The notes under the pieces are model-generated. The model was not told the DNA's origin, did not search any database, and saw nothing but the letters and a program-made list of their open reading frames with translations. Shown here one piece after another: positions 1 through 8,994 of a stretch of DNA of 32,000 nucleotides. The position numbers and the translations under genes are program-made. Every line of letters begins with the position of its first letter. Position 1 is the stretch's first letter. The DNA comes from Kineococcus radiotolerans SRS30216 = ATCC BAA-149 (GTDB taxonomy: Bacteria; Actinomycetota; Actinomycetes; Actinomycetales; Kineococcaceae): the NCBI RefSeq assembly GCF_000017305.1, contig NC_009664.2:180001-212000 (forward strand). Direction: 5' to 3'.

Positions 1-758
1 TGCCCGAGGCCCTGCCGGTGGTGGTCGACGCGGTGGGTGAGCGCGCCGCGCTCGACCTCGACGTCGCCCACCTCATGGCGGCGCTGCCCGCGCTGGTGCG
101 CGCCGCCCGCTACAGCGACGTCCGCGGCACCAGCGCGAGCGCGCTGACCGCCGTCGCGAGCGGCCTGCTCGTGCGCACCTGCGCGGCGCTCCCGGCGGCG
201 GTCACCAGCCTCGACGACGCCGGAGCCACCGCGCTGCGCGCAGCGCTGGACGACGTGCACGCCGCGGTCCTCCTGTGGGAGGACCCCGACGCGAGCGAGC
301 GGTGGTCGGCCGCGCTGGCCGGGGTCTCCGCGCGCACCGACGTCCACGGTCTGCTCACCGGCCGCACCACCCGCCTGCTGCGCGACACCGCGCGGTTGAG
401 CCCGGCCGGAGCCGCCCGCCGACTCCGCCGCGCTCTCTCGGTCGGCACCCCCGCCCCCGCCCAGGCGGCCTGGGTCGAGGGGTTCCTCGGCCGCGACGGG
501 CTGCTGCTGGTCCACGACGCGGACCTGCTCGCGCTGCTCGACGGCTGGGTGTGCTCCCTGCCGGAGCGGGAGTTCACCGAGGTCCTGCCGCTGCTGCGCC
601 GCACCTTCGGCGCCTACGACCGCGGCGAGCGCCGCAGCATCGGCGACGCCGTCACCCGCCGCCCCACCACCACGACCGCCGCGGCCGCGGTGGTCGACGA
701 CGCCCTCGCCCTGCCCGCGCTGCGCACCGCGGCGCTCCTGCTCGGAGGACCCGCGTGA
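1..758 (+). CDS. C-terminal part (5'-truncated by the window edge) of a large conserved hypothetical protein, probably the DUF5682-type partner of MoxR-AAA/VWA modules
   Basis: The frame is open from base 3 with high GC3. The Ala/Leu/Arg-rich sequence ends ...FTEVLPLLRRTFGAYDRGERRSIGD. Its stop TGA (756-758) overlaps the GTG start of the next gene (GTGA), which suggests translational coupling to a VWA protein. The family assignment is from memory of this gene neighbourhood. Confidence 0.5.
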   Translation, partial: PEALPVVVDAVGERAALDLDVAHLMAALPALVRAARYSDVRGTSASALTAVASGLLVRTCAALPAAVTSLDDAGATALRAALDDVHAAVLLWEDPDASERWSAALAGVSARTDVHGLLTGRTTRLLRDTARLSPAGAARRLRRALSVGTPAPAQAAWVEGFLGRDGLLLVHDADLLALLDGWVCSLPEREFTEVLPLLRRTFGAYDRGERRSIGDAVTRRPTTTTAAAAVVDDALALPALRTAALLLGGPA

Positions 759-2020
759 GCACCGACGGCCCCACCACGGGCACCACCGCCGAGACCGTCG
801 GCACCACCACCGGCGAGGCCGAGGACGGGGCCCTCGCCCCGCTGGTCGACGACGCCGGCCGCGCCCGTCGCTGGCGGCTGCTGCTCGGCGACGCCGCGGA
901 CGGGTGCGCCCCGCGCCTGGCCGGGGCGGACGCCGCGGTGGACGCCGCGCTGGCCGCGCTCTACGACGTCCCCGACGCGTCGGCGGGGACGCGGGGGCGG
1001 CGCTCCGCCGGCCTGGGCGGTTCCGCCCCGCGGGTGGCGCGGTGGCTGGGCGACATCCGCACCTACTTCCCCTCCAGCGTCGTGCAGGTCATGCAGCGCG
1101 ACGCCGTGGAACGGCTGGACCTGACGCGGCTGCTGCTGGAGCCCGAACTGCTCGGCGCCGTCCAGCCGGACGTGAACCTCGTCGGCACCCTGCTCAGCCT
1201 GAGCCGCGTCCTGCCCGAACGCACGAAGGAGACCGCGCGCCAGGTCGTCGCCGAGGTCGTGCGCCAGATCGAGGCCCGCGTCGCCGACCGCACCACCTCC
1301 GCGGTGACCGGGGCCCTCGACCGCGCCGCCCGCACCCACCGGCCCCGCCTCCCCGACGTGGACTGGAACGCCACGATCCGCGCCAACCTCACCCACTACC
1401 TGCCCGAGCACCGCACCGTGGTGCCCGAGCGGCTCGTCGGGCACGGCCGCCGCCAGCAGGTCGTGGCCAAGGAGGTCGTCCTGGAGATCGACCAGTCCGG
1501 GTCGATGGCCGAGTCCGTCGTCTACGCCAGCGTGTTCGGGGCGGTGCTGGCGAAGATGCGCACCCTGAAGACCACCCTCATCGCCTTCGACACCGAAGTG
1601 GTCGACCTCACCGATTCCCTCACCGACCCCGTCGACGTCCTCTTCGGTGTCCAGCTGGGCGGGGGGACCGACATCAACCGGGCCATCGCCTACGGGCAGG
1701 AACGCATCACCCGCCCCGCGGACACGTTGTTCTTCCTCATCAGCGACCTCTTCGAGGGCGGGGTCCGTGACGAGATGGTCAAGCGGATGGCGGCGATGAA
1801 GAGCGCTGGGGTCCAGGTGATCGTCCTGCTGGCCCTCTCCGACAGCGGTGCCCCCGCCTTCGACCGCGAGAACGCCGCCGCGCTGGCCGCACTGGGCATC
1901 CCCGCCTTCGCCTGCACCCCCGACGCGTTCCCCGACCTGCTGGCGCTGGCCATGACGGGCGGCGACGTCGGCGCGTGGGCGCAACGCGAGATCGCCGCGG
2001 CCGGCGAACCCCACCGGTAG
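755..2020 (+). CDS. VWA domain-containing protein (CoxE/YehP-like, MoxR-ATPase-associated)
   Basis: GTG at 755 overlaps the upstream stop. A MIDAS motif DQSGSM (DxSxS) is present, followed by GGGTDIN and ISDLFEGG. Conserved blocks RWLGDIRTYFP and LLLEPELL are typical of this VWA family. GC3 is high throughout. Confidence 0.85.
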   Translation: MSTDGPTTGTTAETVGTTTGEAEDGALAPLVDDAGRARRWRLLLGDAADGCAPRLAGADAAVDAALAALYDVPDASAGTRGRRSAGLGGSAPRVARWLGDIRTYFPSSVVQVMQRDAVERLDLTRLLLEPELLGAVQPDVNLVGTLLSLSRVLPERTKETARQVVAEVVRQIEARVADRTTSAVTGALDRAARTHRPRLPDVDWNATIRANLTHYLPEHRTVVPERLVGHGRRQQVVAKEVVLEIDQSGSMAESVVYASVFGAVLAKMRTLKTTLIAFDTEVVDLTDSLTDPVDVLFGVQLGGGTDINRAIAYGQERITRPADTLFFLISDLFEGGVRDEMVKRMAAMKSAGVQVIVLLALSDSGAPAFDRENAAALAALGIPAFACTPDAFPDLLALAMTGGDVGAWAQREIAAAGEPHR

Positions 2021-2160
2021 GCGCGGCGAGGACCCGGGAGCTCCCCGAGGCCGGCCCCACGCCGTGCTCGGCGAGCCGGGTGGCGCCGGGCGCACCTCGG
2101 GGGCGGGGACCGCGGGCGTCGCTGCGCGGACGGTGCGGGCAGCTCGACCGGGCCGGCGGT

Positions 2161-3090
2161 TCAGGCGGCGCTGAGCTCAGCGCGGTGGTCCTCGGCGAAG
2201 TCGGCGACGGTCGTGGCCGGTCGTCCCAGCAGGTCGGGGATGTCCCTGCTGCACAGGCGTCCGTCGTCCTGCCCGCGGCGCACCACGTCCACGAACTGGT
2301 GGACCAGGCCCCTGGCCTGCCAGGCGGGGACGCCGGTGGCGCGCAGCACGCCGTAGAACGCGGGGGCGGGCACGTGGACGTAGCGCACGCGGTGCCCCAG
2401 CACCGTGCTGAGGATCCCGGCGACCTCGGGGTAGGACAGGGGACGGTCCCCGGTGAGCAGGTAGGTGCGGCCGTCCTCCCCGGAACGGCCCTGCACGGCG
2501 GGGTCGGTGAGCACGCGGGCGGCGACGGCGGCGACGTCGGCCACGTCGACCCAGGCGGTGGCTCCGTGCCCGCTGGTCTGCGGCAGCCACCCGCGGCGGA
2601 TGGCCGCCGCCTCCACCAGCAGGTTCTTGGTGAAGGCGCTCGCCTGCAGGCGAGTCCACGCCAAGCCGCTGCGGCGCAGGTGCTCGTCGGCCAGGGCGTG
2701 GTCGCGCGCCCAGGGGATGGCCGAGCGGGGGTTGGCGTCGGAGGCGGAGACCTTCACCACGTGGCGGACGCCGGCGTCGACGGCGGCGTCGATGGCCTCG
2801 CGGTTCTGGTGGTACTGCCGCTCGTCGACGGGGGTGTTGAGGAACAGCTGGTCGCACCCGCGCATCGCCTCGCGCAGGCTGCGGGGATCCTCGAACTCGC
2901 CCAGGACGGCGTCGACGCCGCGTTCGGTGAAGGCGCGCACCTGGGCGGGGCGGCGGCACAGCACCCGGAACGGGACGCCGCGGGCGGTGAGGTCCTCCAC
3001 GAGGGGTTTCCCGATGTCGCCGGTGGCCCCGGTGACCAGGACCCGCGTCGGCGTGGCGCCGGGTTCGTGGTGGACGGTGGGTGCGGACAC
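2161..3090 (-). CDS. NmrA-family NAD(P)-binding oxidoreductase
   Basis: GTG at 3090 lies 5 nt after GGGAGG. The Rossmann motif VLVTGATGDIGKPLV is near the N-terminus and the length is NmrA-like. The longer 501-aa ORF in the track is an upstream non-coding extension. Confidence 0.85.
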   Translation of the reverse strand: MSAPTVHHEPGATPTRVLVTGATGDIGKPLVEDLTARGVPFRVLCRRPAQVRAFTERGVDAVLGEFEDPRSLREAMRGCDQLFLNTPVDERQYHQNREAIDAAVDAGVRHVVKVSASDANPRSAIPWARDHALADEHLRRSGLAWTRLQASAFTKNLLVEAAAIRRGWLPQTSGHGATAWVDVADVAAVAARVLTDPAVQGRSGEDGRTYLLTGDRPLSYPEVAGILSTVLGHRVRYVHVPAPAFYGVLRATGVPAWQARGLVHQFVDVVRRGQDDGRLCSRDIPDLLGRPATTVADFAEDHRAELSAA

Positions 3091-3129
3091 GTGGACCTCC
3101 CTGAGTAGCAGGAACCTGTTGGTGAGAGG

Positions 3130-3657
3130 ATGCCCCGGACCCAAGGAGGTGGCAAGCCGACCGTGGACTTGACCGGAGACGACATCGACGCTCTCGTGAC
3201 GTGGTCGCTCATCCGCGCCGCGCACCAGGCCCAGCGTGGACTGACGGCGCTGTTCGCCGAGCACGGCCTCTCCCCCGTGCAGTTCGGGGTGCTCTCGCAC
3301 CTGGCCACCGGGGTCGAGTTCACCCAGGCCGAACTGGCCCGGGCGGTCCTGGTGCGCCCGCAGTCCATCACCGGGGTCCTGGACGGCATGGTGGAACGCG
3401 GACTGATCGCCCGGGGAGGGGAACGCCACAAGGGACGGCGCAACCCGCTGACCCTGACCGCCGCCGGTCAGGACCTGCTGGCCGTGGTCTGGCCGGCGGT
3501 GCGGGAGGCGAACCGGCCGGAACGACTGGGCCTGAGCCAGACGGAGGTGGCGGCGCTGAACGGCGTGCTGCTGAGGATGGTCAACGGATCCCGCCGACCG
3601 GCGACGGCGCAGGAACCGAACTCCCCGTCCGGACACGGCACGGACCGGGAGGTCTGA
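3130..3657 (+). CDS. MarR family transcriptional regulator
   Basis: Winged-helix block FTQAELARAVLVRPQSITGVLDGMVERGLIAR is present. The gene is divergent from the NmrA gene. An alternative in-frame GTG lies at 3163, downstream of AAGGAGG (3143-3149). Confidence 0.85.
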   Translation: MPRTQGGGKPTVDLTGDDIDALVTWSLIRAAHQAQRGLTALFAEHGLSPVQFGVLSHLATGVEFTQAELARAVLVRPQSITGVLDGMVERGLIARGGERHKGRRNPLTLTAAGQDLLAVVWPAVREANRPERLGLSQTEVAALNGVLLRMVNGSRRPATAQEPNSPSGHGTDREV

Positions 3658-3707
3658 CCCGGCCACGGTCCCCGCGGTGGGGTTGCGGGCACTGGTCCGC
3701 GCCCGGC

Positions 3708-3731
3708 TCCCCGGGACCGAAACCCCGGGGA
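3708..3731 (+). terminator. GC-rich hairpin downstream of the MarR gene (candidate intrinsic terminator, no U-tract)
   Basis: TCCCCGGG (3708-3715) pairs with CCCGGGGA (3724-3731) around an 8-nt loop, about 50 nt after the stop at 3657. Confidence 0.3.
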
Positions 3732-3911
3732 TCGTCGGTACGACGTGGTTCCACCCGCGGTCGCCGGCGGTGGGGGCGGACCGCTCACGGCCCCTGGACG
3801 GGGAACCGGTCGGCGTTCAGGAAGAGGTCACCGAGTTTCCGCGGGCGACTAGCGAACGACTACGGCACCGGCTGGTCCCGGCACTCGATCCCGCCGGAGA
3901 CCGGGCACGGC

Positions 3912-3917
3912 TAGGGT
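3912..3917 (+). promoter_or_regulatory. -10-like hexamer TAGGGT placed for a leaderless transcript of the PNPOx gene
   Basis: TAGGGT ends 7 nt before ATG 3925 and there is no Shine-Dalgarno sequence. The same TAGGGTCGCGG string precedes GTG 5158. Confidence 0.4.
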
Positions 3918-3924
3918 CGCGGTC

Positions 3925-4467
3925 ATGGGCAAGCTGTTCGAGGCGATCGACGAGAAGTTGCAGCGCTGGATCGAGGACCAGCCGATGTGGTTCACCGCCA
4001 CCGCCCCGCTGTCGGCCGAGGGGCGGGTCAACGTCTCCCCCCGCGGCGGTGACTCCTTCTCCGTCCTGGGCCCGCACCGCGTGGGCTGGGTGGACTTCAC
4101 CGGCAGCGGCGTCGAGACGATCGCCCACCTGCGGGAGAACGGGCGCATCTGCGTCATGTTCACCTCCTTCGACCACCGCCCCCGCATCGTCCGCCTGCAC
4201 GGGACCGGCCAGGTGCACCTGCCCGGGACCGCGGCCTTCGAGGAGGTCGTCGCGCTGCACCCGTCCAACCCCAGCACCCGGGCGGTGATCACCGTCGACG
4301 TGCACCGCGTCAGCGACTCCTGCGGGTGGGGCGTACCCGTCATGGACGTCCGCACCGACGAGCGCGACCTGATCCGGCGCAACGCCGAGAAGAAGGGCCC
4401 GGACGGCATGGAGGCCTACCGGGTGCGGAAGAACACCCGCAGCGTCGACGGCCTGCCCGGCCTCTGA
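3925..4467 (+). CDS. Pyridoxamine 5'-phosphate oxidase (PNPOx-like split-barrel) family protein
   Basis: The 180-aa sequence MGKLFEAIDEKLQRWIEDQPMWFTATAP...VNVSPRG...GSGVETIAHLRENGRICVMF is typical of this family. GC3 is high. Confidence 0.8.
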   Translation: MGKLFEAIDEKLQRWIEDQPMWFTATAPLSAEGRVNVSPRGGDSFSVLGPHRVGWVDFTGSGVETIAHLRENGRICVMFTSFDHRPRIVRLHGTGQVHLPGTAAFEEVVALHPSNPSTRAVITVDVHRVSDSCGWGVPVMDVRTDERDLIRRNAEKKGPDGMEAYRVRKNTRSVDGLPGL

Positions 4468-4695
4468 CGGCCTCCCCCGGACCCGCGCACGACCGGGCGG
4501 TCATCCCGCGCCGCGCGGTGCGGGGTCGGTCTCCGCCGCCCGCAGGTGGACCCACCGCCCCCGGCGAGGGTGGAGTTCCTCCCCGCCCGGCAGGTGGGCT
4601 CTGTCGCCGAGAAGGCGGCGGCCGGGAACCTCCCGGCACCGGGCTGACCGCACCTCCGATTCAGCCGCGACCTCGGCTGGCCGCCGACCGCCGTC

Positions 4696-5067
4696 GTGCG
4701 CTGCGATGCTCCGGTGAGCGCTCCCTCCCGGTTCAAGGACCTCTGCCTCGACGCCCGCGACCACCAGGCGGTGGCGGACTGGTGGTGCCGGGCGATGGGT
4801 TACCGCCGGCACGTCGGGGCGGGTGGCCCCCGCCCGGTGTCCGACCCGGTACCGATCGTCGACCCCAGCGGCGCGGGGCCGCTGCTGTGGGTGGTGCCCG
4901 TCCCGGAGGAGAAGGTGGTCAAGAACCGCATGCACCTCGACGTCGTGGGCGACGTCGACGCGCTGCTCGCGCTGGGAGCGGTCCTGGTGCAGCGCCGCGG
5001 TGAGGACCGGGACTGGGACGTGCTGGCCGACCCGGAGGGCAACGAGTTCTGCGTCTTCGCGCCCTGA
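4696..5067 (+). CDS. VOC (glyoxalase-like domain) family protein
   Basis: RFKDLCLDARDHQAVADWW...KNRMHLDV...DPEGNEFCV matches the short glyoxalase-like fold family. The start is GTG 4696 or the in-frame GTG 4714. Confidence 0.7.
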   Translation: MRCDAPVSAPSRFKDLCLDARDHQAVADWWCRAMGYRRHVGAGGPRPVSDPVPIVDPSGAGPLLWVVPVPEEKVVKNRMHLDVVGDVDALLALGAVLVQRRGEDRDWDVLADPEGNEFCVFAP

Positions 5068-5122
5068 GCGGCGAGCGCGGCGCCCCGGCGGGCGACACCC
5101 CGGGAGAACTTCACAACACATC

Positions 5123-5151
5123 TTGTACGTCACTTCTTGTCGGTCTAGGGT
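5123..5151 (+). promoter_or_regulatory. Candidate promoter TTGTAC-N17-TAGGGT giving a leaderless ArsR-family mRNA; the AT-richer patch may also hold the operator
   Basis: TTGTAC (5123-5128) is followed by a 17-nt spacer and TAGGGT (5146-5151), then 6 nt to GTG 5158. The segment 5111-5140 is unusually AT-rich and carries TCTTGT twice. Confidence 0.45.
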
Positions 5152-5157
5152 CGCGGC

Positions 5158-5763
5158 GTGACCGAGAAGGCCGTGCGCCTCACCGACCCCGCCGCCCTGC
5201 GGGCCCTGGCCCACCCGACCCGCATCGCCCTGCTGGGCGAGCTGCGCGGCACTGGCCCCTCCACCGTGGGCCGCCTCTCGGTGGCCCTCGACGAGGCGGC
5301 GGGCTCGATCAGCTACCACCTGCGACGCCTCGCGGCCGTCGGCCTCGTCGCCGAAGCACCGGAACTGGCCGTGAACCGCCGCGAACGCTGGTGGCGCGCC
5401 GAGCACCAGCTGACCACCGTCCTGCCCGCCGAGGACCGCACCGACCCCGAACGCGCCGCCGCGGGCACGGCCCTGCGCCGCGAGATCGCCCGCGGTCTCG
5501 CGGCCCTGCAGGAGGCCTACCTCGACGCCGAGGCGAACCTGCCCCCGGAGTGGATTGCCGCCGCCACCCAGGGAGACCGCCTGCTGCACCTGACGGTGGC
5601 TGAGCTGAGCGAGCTGAGCGCGGAACTGGACGAGCTGGCCGACCGCTGGCAGGACCGCTCGGACCGAGGACGGCCCGGCACCGAGCAGGTCGCGCTCCTG
5701 ACCGCCGCCTTCCGCCGCCCCGGCCGCAGCACCCCTTCAGCTCCCGCGGCCGGTCCCCGGTGA
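5158..5763 (+). CDS. ArsR-family winged-helix transcriptional regulator
   Basis: LRALAHPTRIALLGEL...STVGRLSVALDEAAGSISYHLRRLAAVGLV is an ArsR/HTH_20-type motif. The gene sits directly upstream of an MFS transporter gene. Confidence 0.8.
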   Translation: MTEKAVRLTDPAALRALAHPTRIALLGELRGTGPSTVGRLSVALDEAAGSISYHLRRLAAVGLVAEAPELAVNRRERWWRAEHQLTTVLPAEDRTDPERAAAGTALRREIARGLAALQEAYLDAEANLPPEWIAAATQGDRLLHLTVAELSELSAELDELADRWQDRSDRGRPGTEQVALLTAAFRRPGRSTPSAPAAGPR

Positions 5764-5770
5764 GGTTCCC

Positions 5771-7057
5771 GTGAACCCCCGCACCCGCCTGTGGAGCGTC
5801 CTGGTCGCGCACACCACCAGCACCGCCGGCAACGCCGCCACCGCCATCGCCCTGCCGCTGTTCGTGCTGGACACCACCGGTTCCACCACCCTGACCGGGG
5901 TCGTCGGCGCCGCAGCCGTCGCCCCCGTCGTCGTCGGCGGCGTCTTCGGCGGCGTCCTGGTCGACCGCTTCGGCTACCGGCGGACCAGCGTCGTCTCCGA
6001 CGCCGTCGGCGCCGTCACCATCGCCACCGTCCCCCTCCTGCACGTCACGACCGGCCTGCCGTTCTGGGCCCTCCTCGCCCTCGTCGTCGCCACCGGTCTG
6101 CTCGACACCCCCGGGCAGGCGGCCCGGCACGCGCTGCTGCCGGAACTCGCCGCCGAGGCCGGGGTCCCCCTGGAACGGGCCACCGGCTGGATGGACGCCG
6201 CGGAACGCGCCGCCCGCCTCGTCGGGGCGCCCGCCGCCGGCGCCCTGGTCTCCCTGCTCGGCGCCCCCCTCGTCCTGGCCATGGACGCGCTCACGTTCGT
6301 GCTGGCCGCCGTCCTGATCGCCGCCGCGGTCCCCGCGGCGTGGCCGGCGACCGGGCCGGCGGACGGAACCGCCGGCGGGGAGGTGGCTGCGCAGGTCGGG
6401 ACCGCACCCCTGGGCGGGGCGCGCGGGTACCTGCGCGAACTGCGGGTGGGCCTGACCTTCGTCCGCGGCGACCGGTTGCTGCTGGCCGTCATCGCGATGG
6501 TGGCCGTCACCAACGCCTTCGACGCGGCCTACTCCAGCGTCGTGCTGCCGGTCTACGCCACCGAGCGGTTGGACGGCGGCGTCGACCTCGGTCTCCTCGT
6601 CGGTGCGTTCGGGGCCGGGGCCGTCGCGGGCGCGTTCGCCTTCGGCGCGGTGGGCGGGCGCTGGTCCCGGCGGCGGATCTTCACCGTGGCGTTCCTGCTC
6701 GCCGGCGGACCCCGCTTCGCCCTGCTGGCGCTGGACCCGGGGCTGCCCGTGCTGCTGGCCGGGGTCGTGCTCAGCGGTGTCGCGGCCGGGGCCCTGAACC
6801 CGATCCTGAGTGCCGTGGAACTCGAACGGGTCCCTCCCGGCGCTCGCGCCCGCGTCGCCGGAGTGGTGGGCGCCGGGGCCTGGGCCGCGATGCCCGTCGG
6901 CATCCTGGGCGCGGGACTGTGGCTGGAGAGCGGCTCCCTGACCACCCTGCTCCTCGTCCTGGCGCTCTCCTACCTGCTGATCACCCTCACCCCCGCGCTC
7001 TTCCCGGTGTGGCGTGAACTCGACCGGCGTCCGCAGGCGCCTCCCACCCGCCCCTGA
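5771..7057 (+). CDS. MFS transporter (EntS/MFS_3-like)
   Basis: GTG at 5771 follows GGTGAGG. The 428-aa protein is highly hydrophobic with many predicted TM segments and a DRFGYRR loop motif after TM2. Confidence 0.85.
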   Translation: MNPRTRLWSVLVAHTTSTAGNAATAIALPLFVLDTTGSTTLTGVVGAAAVAPVVVGGVFGGVLVDRFGYRRTSVVSDAVGAVTIATVPLLHVTTGLPFWALLALVVATGLLDTPGQAARHALLPELAAEAGVPLERATGWMDAAERAARLVGAPAAGALVSLLGAPLVLAMDALTFVLAAVLIAAAVPAAWPATGPADGTAGGEVAAQVGTAPLGGARGYLRELRVGLTFVRGDRLLLAVIAMVAVTNAFDAAYSSVVLPVYATERLDGGVDLGLLVGAFGAGAVAGAFAFGAVGGRWSRRRIFTVAFLLAGGPRFALLALDPGLPVLLAGVVLSGVAAGALNPILSAVELERVPPGARARVAGVVGAGAWAAMPVGILGAGLWLESGSLTTLLLVLALSYLLITLTPALFPVWRELDRRPQAPPTRP

Positions 7058-7125
7058 ACGACCCGCCAACTGCCGACGCCCTCCAGGACCTGCCACCGGC
7101 CCCGTCCTCGTGCCAGGCTGCACCC

Positions 7126-8172
7126 GTGGTCATCCGCGACGGGTCGCGCTACTCCCACGCCATGCCCACCCGGCCCCGGCACCGGCTGCTGGGCCTCTCG
7201 CCGTCGTTCACCGGTGCGCGGGGGCTGTCGATGTGGAACCCCCCCGACGGACCGATCACCACCGTCACCCTCAGCCACGGCGAACGCGACCTCCGCACCG
7301 GTGCCGGCGTCAGCGTCGTCTCCGCGGCACCGTCAGCCCTCCGAACCCGGGGCGGCGTGGCGGAGCCGGACCTGGACGACGTGGTCCACACCGCGCTGGT
7401 CGCGCTCCCCGGCCTCACCGGCGAGGACCTGGACAGCGCCGTCGCCGCGCTGGAGGACGAGCAGGACGACCCTGACCCGCACGGTCCGGCGCTCTGGAGC
7501 ACGGTGCCGATCCCCGTCGACGGCGTCCCCCGGCCGTTCCGGATCCACCGCCCCGTCCACCGCGACCCCGGTCGCGGCGGCGAGGGGCTGTGGGTCGCGG
7601 TCGCCGCGCTGCCCGACGTCGCCGTCGGCCTCGTCGCCTCCGCCACCGACCCCGCCCGGGTCGAGCTGGTCACCCTCGATCCCGACCTGCCCGGCTACGA
7701 AGCCGCCCCCGTGCTGCACCCGCGGGTGGGCGACCTCGCCGACACCCGGGCCCGCCTCCTCGTCGAGGGCGTGGAACCGGTCCTGATGCGGTACTGGGCC
7801 CCCGACGCTCTCGCCGCCGGCGCGGACACCCCGTCCCTGCACGTCGCCGCGACCACCGACCTGCGCGAACCCGCCGCGCTGCGGCGTTCCTTCGACTCCG
7901 CCCTCGACGAGCTCGGAGCCCCCCGGCTCGACGGGACCGCGGCCCGCTGGCAGTACGTGCGCTACGCGGCCCGCTCGGCGGTGGAGGGCGACCTGCAGGC
8001 GACCGAGGCCGCGCGCCGCATCGCGTCCCGCGCGGCCGGAGGTCTCGGCTTCCCCGCGCGGCTGCAGCCGTTCGTGGACGCGGTGCGCGACACCGTCCAC
8101 CCCGGTCGTGACCCGGAGGAGGTCGAGGCGGCCTGCCTGCGCCTGGCCCGGAACCTCCTCGCCACGACCTGA
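7126..8172 (+). CDS. Hypothetical protein (no family recognised)
   Basis: GC3 bias is strong across the whole ORF. CAGGCT lies 6 nt upstream of GTG 7126, a leaderless-type context. Alternative starts are ATG 7162 and ATG 7231. Confidence 0.6.
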   Translation: MVIRDGSRYSHAMPTRPRHRLLGLSPSFTGARGLSMWNPPDGPITTVTLSHGERDLRTGAGVSVVSAAPSALRTRGGVAEPDLDDVVHTALVALPGLTGEDLDSAVAALEDEQDDPDPHGPALWSTVPIPVDGVPRPFRIHRPVHRDPGRGGEGLWVAVAALPDVAVGLVASATDPARVELVTLDPDLPGYEAAPVLHPRVGDLADTRARLLVEGVEPVLMRYWAPDALAAGADTPSLHVAATTDLREPAALRRSFDSALDELGAPRLDGTAARWQYVRYAARSAVEGDLQATEAARRIASRAAGGLGFPARLQPFVDAVRDTVHPGRDPEEVEAACLRLARNLLATT

Positions 8173-8210
8173 GCGAGCCCCGCGCGGTGCCCCGGTCGCC
8201 GCCGCGCTGC

Positions 8211-8879
8211 TCACGACCCGGCCCCCGGGATCCGCGCGCACGCCGGCAGCAGCACGTCGTCGATGACGGTCTCGAAGTAGCCGCGCTCCGGTGGCGCGTC
8301 GGCGAACAGCAGCCGGTGGGTGGCCAGGGCGGGGACGATCTCGGCCAGGGTCCCGACGTCGGCGTCCGGTGCGACCTGCCCGCGCTGCGCGCCGCGACGC
8401 AGCACACCCCGGTAGGCCTCGGTGTAGGGCTCGACGACCTCGTGCTGCAGGGCCTGGGCCAGTCGCGGTGAGTGCAGGGCCGCCGACGTCAGCCCCTTCA
8501 GACCCCGCAGGCGGCTGGCCGCCCCGCCGAGCCAGGCCGAGTCGACCAGGGCGAGCAGGTCCGAGCGGAGGTCCCCGGTGTCCGGCAGCGTCCTGGCCTC
8601 CGGTGGGGGGCCGACGTGGGCGATGACCGCCAGGACGAGGGCCTCCTTGGTCGGCCACCGACGGTGCAGGGTCGCCTTCCCGGCGCCGGCCCGGGCGGCC
8701 ACCGCGCTCAGGGTCATGTCCTCGTACCCGGTCTCGGCCAGCACGTCGTAGGCCGCGCCCAGGATGGCGGCGTCGCGCGAGGGGTCGCGCGGGCGTCCGC
8801 GGCCGCGGGGTCCGGCGGTGGCGATCGGGTCGGGAACCGGGGTGGAGCGATCGGCGTCCCCGGCGGGCGGTGTGCTCAC
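8211..8879 (-). CDS. TetR/AcrR family transcriptional regulator
   Basis: The HTH block MTLSAVAARAGAGKATLHRRWPTKEALV is present. I prefer the GTG at 8879 because TACCTT (minus strand, 8886-8891) ends 6 nt upstream. The track ORF extends to GTG 8915. Confidence 0.85.
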   Translation of the reverse strand: MSTPPAGDADRSTPVPDPIATAGPRGRGRPRDPSRDAAILGAAYDVLAETGYEDMTLSAVAARAGAGKATLHRRWPTKEALVLAVIAHVGPPPEARTLPDTGDLRSDLLALVDSAWLGGAASRLRGLKGLTSAALHSPRLAQALQHEVVEPYTEAYRGVLRRGAQRGQVAPDADVGTLAEIVPALATHRLLFADAPPERGYFETVIDDVLLPACARIPGAGS

Positions 8880-8885
8880 CCGCGG

Positions 8886-8891
8886 AAGGTA
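8886..8891 (-). promoter_or_regulatory. -10-like TACCTT for a leaderless TetR mRNA
   Basis: The plus strand reads aaggta, which is TACCTT on the minus strand. It lies 6 nt from GTG 8879 and there is no SD. Confidence 0.35.
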
Positions 8892-8920
8892 CGGGAAGGC
8901 CCCGCGGAGCCGCACCCGTC

Positions 8921-8946
8921 ATACGGAACCGACCGTCTCCGTTATT
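8921..8946. promoter_or_regulatory. Imperfect palindrome in the TetR/SDR divergent intergenic region (candidate TetR operator)
   Basis: In ATACGGAACCGACCGTCTCCGTTAT, ACGGA pairs with TCCGT and 7 of 10 positions per arm are complementary. The site is AT-richer than its surroundings. Confidence 0.3.
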
Positions 8947-8994
8947 GTGGGCGGCGCCCCACCCGGAACAGCGCTCGAGCAGCAGGAGGACCCC

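Noticed and set aside
275-754. 5' extension of the VWA ORF (the track gives 275-2020)
   Set aside because: The extension overlaps the better-supported upstream gene in another frame and is Arg/Pro-rich. GTG 755 with its GTGA overlap is the sensible start.
5309-7123. 604-aa minus-strand ORF, plus the similar ORFs 16963-18945 and 26340-28595
   Set aside because: All lie antisense to strongly supported genes (MFS, PP2C, ABC/MerR). Their compositions are typical of wrong-frame translation of high-GC coding DNA.
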